A stretch of 59,526 nucleotides of DNA from a virus, in IMG/VR virus record IMGVR_UViG_3300037511_000322. One strand, 5' to 3'. Positions 59,406 through 59,526 of this stretch are shown here, one piece after another; the first letter of the stretch is position 1; each line of letters begins with the position of its first letter. The translations under genes and the position numbers were made by a program. The notes under the pieces were generated by a model that was not told where the DNA came from, made no database searches, and worked only from the letters and a program-made list of their open reading frames with translations.

Positions 59406-59526
59406 TTCTCTGTAGAGGGCTGGTAATGACAACACAACGAGAATCCGCGATCTCTCGAGGCATCATCACCGAGCTTCGTCAACGGGGAGTCTTCGCCTTC
59501 AAGATCCATGGTAGTGCCCTGATGAT
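59400..59526. repeat. Exact 127-bp terminal overlap, copy 2
   Basis: Identical to 1-127. It duplicates the RBS and first 101 nt of the VRR-NUC gene. Confidence 0.95.

Noticed and set aside
1-59526. Lysogeny module (integrase, CI-like repressor, excisionase, ParAB)
   Set aside because: I recognised no tyrosine or serine recombinase motifs and no partition ATPase in any ORF. The HTH proteins present are too generic to call a repressor. Lifestyle therefore remains unassigned and may be lytic.

Overview
The window is a complete, circularly closed tailed-phage genome. Bases 1-127 recur exactly at 59400-59526, so the unique unit is 59,399 bp. It is high-GC. A 945-aa tape measure and no recognisable sheath gene suggest a siphovirus-like phage. 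The host is probably an actinobacterium; this is inferred from dense TTGACA-N17-TAnnnT promoters, several apparently leaderless genes, frequent GTG/TTG starts, and an amidase endolysin whose C-terminus looks like a cell-wall-binding domain. Layout: 27-1000 (+) nucleases. 1039-7219 (-) is a block of small early genes, nearly each with its own promoter. 7359-11341 (+) holds an AEP primase / RepA-type helicase and small genes. 11342-12237 is a low-GC, repeat-dense region that is mostly non-coding. 12598-15494 is a compositionally odd island of tiny genes, several leaderless. 15495-21498 (+) holds early/middle genes, including Cys-rich proteins, a papain-like peptidase and a tandem LuxR HTH. 21684-44853 (+) is the structural and lysis module: terS-like, JAB, terL, portal, scaffold, decoration, capsid, connectors, tail, chaperone with a +1/-2 frameshift, tape measure, Dit, Tal, lysis cassette, and a displaced fibre. 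45118-46977 (-) holds small genes. 47152-59197 (+) is the replication and nucleotide module: SNF2, Tmk-like kinase, d(C/U)TPase-like NTPase, two thymidylate-synthase-fold proteins, dCMP deaminase, UDG-fused Pol I, Cas4-like nuclease, RecA-like ATPase and a DUF669 SSB-like protein. I recognised no integrase, repressor, tRNA or CRISPR array. The most interesting candidate is a T4-like pyrimidine-replacement gene set (49541-55970) that ends in a Pol I carrying a catalytically altered family-4 UDG domain. All family assignments come from motifs read by eye, not from database searches.
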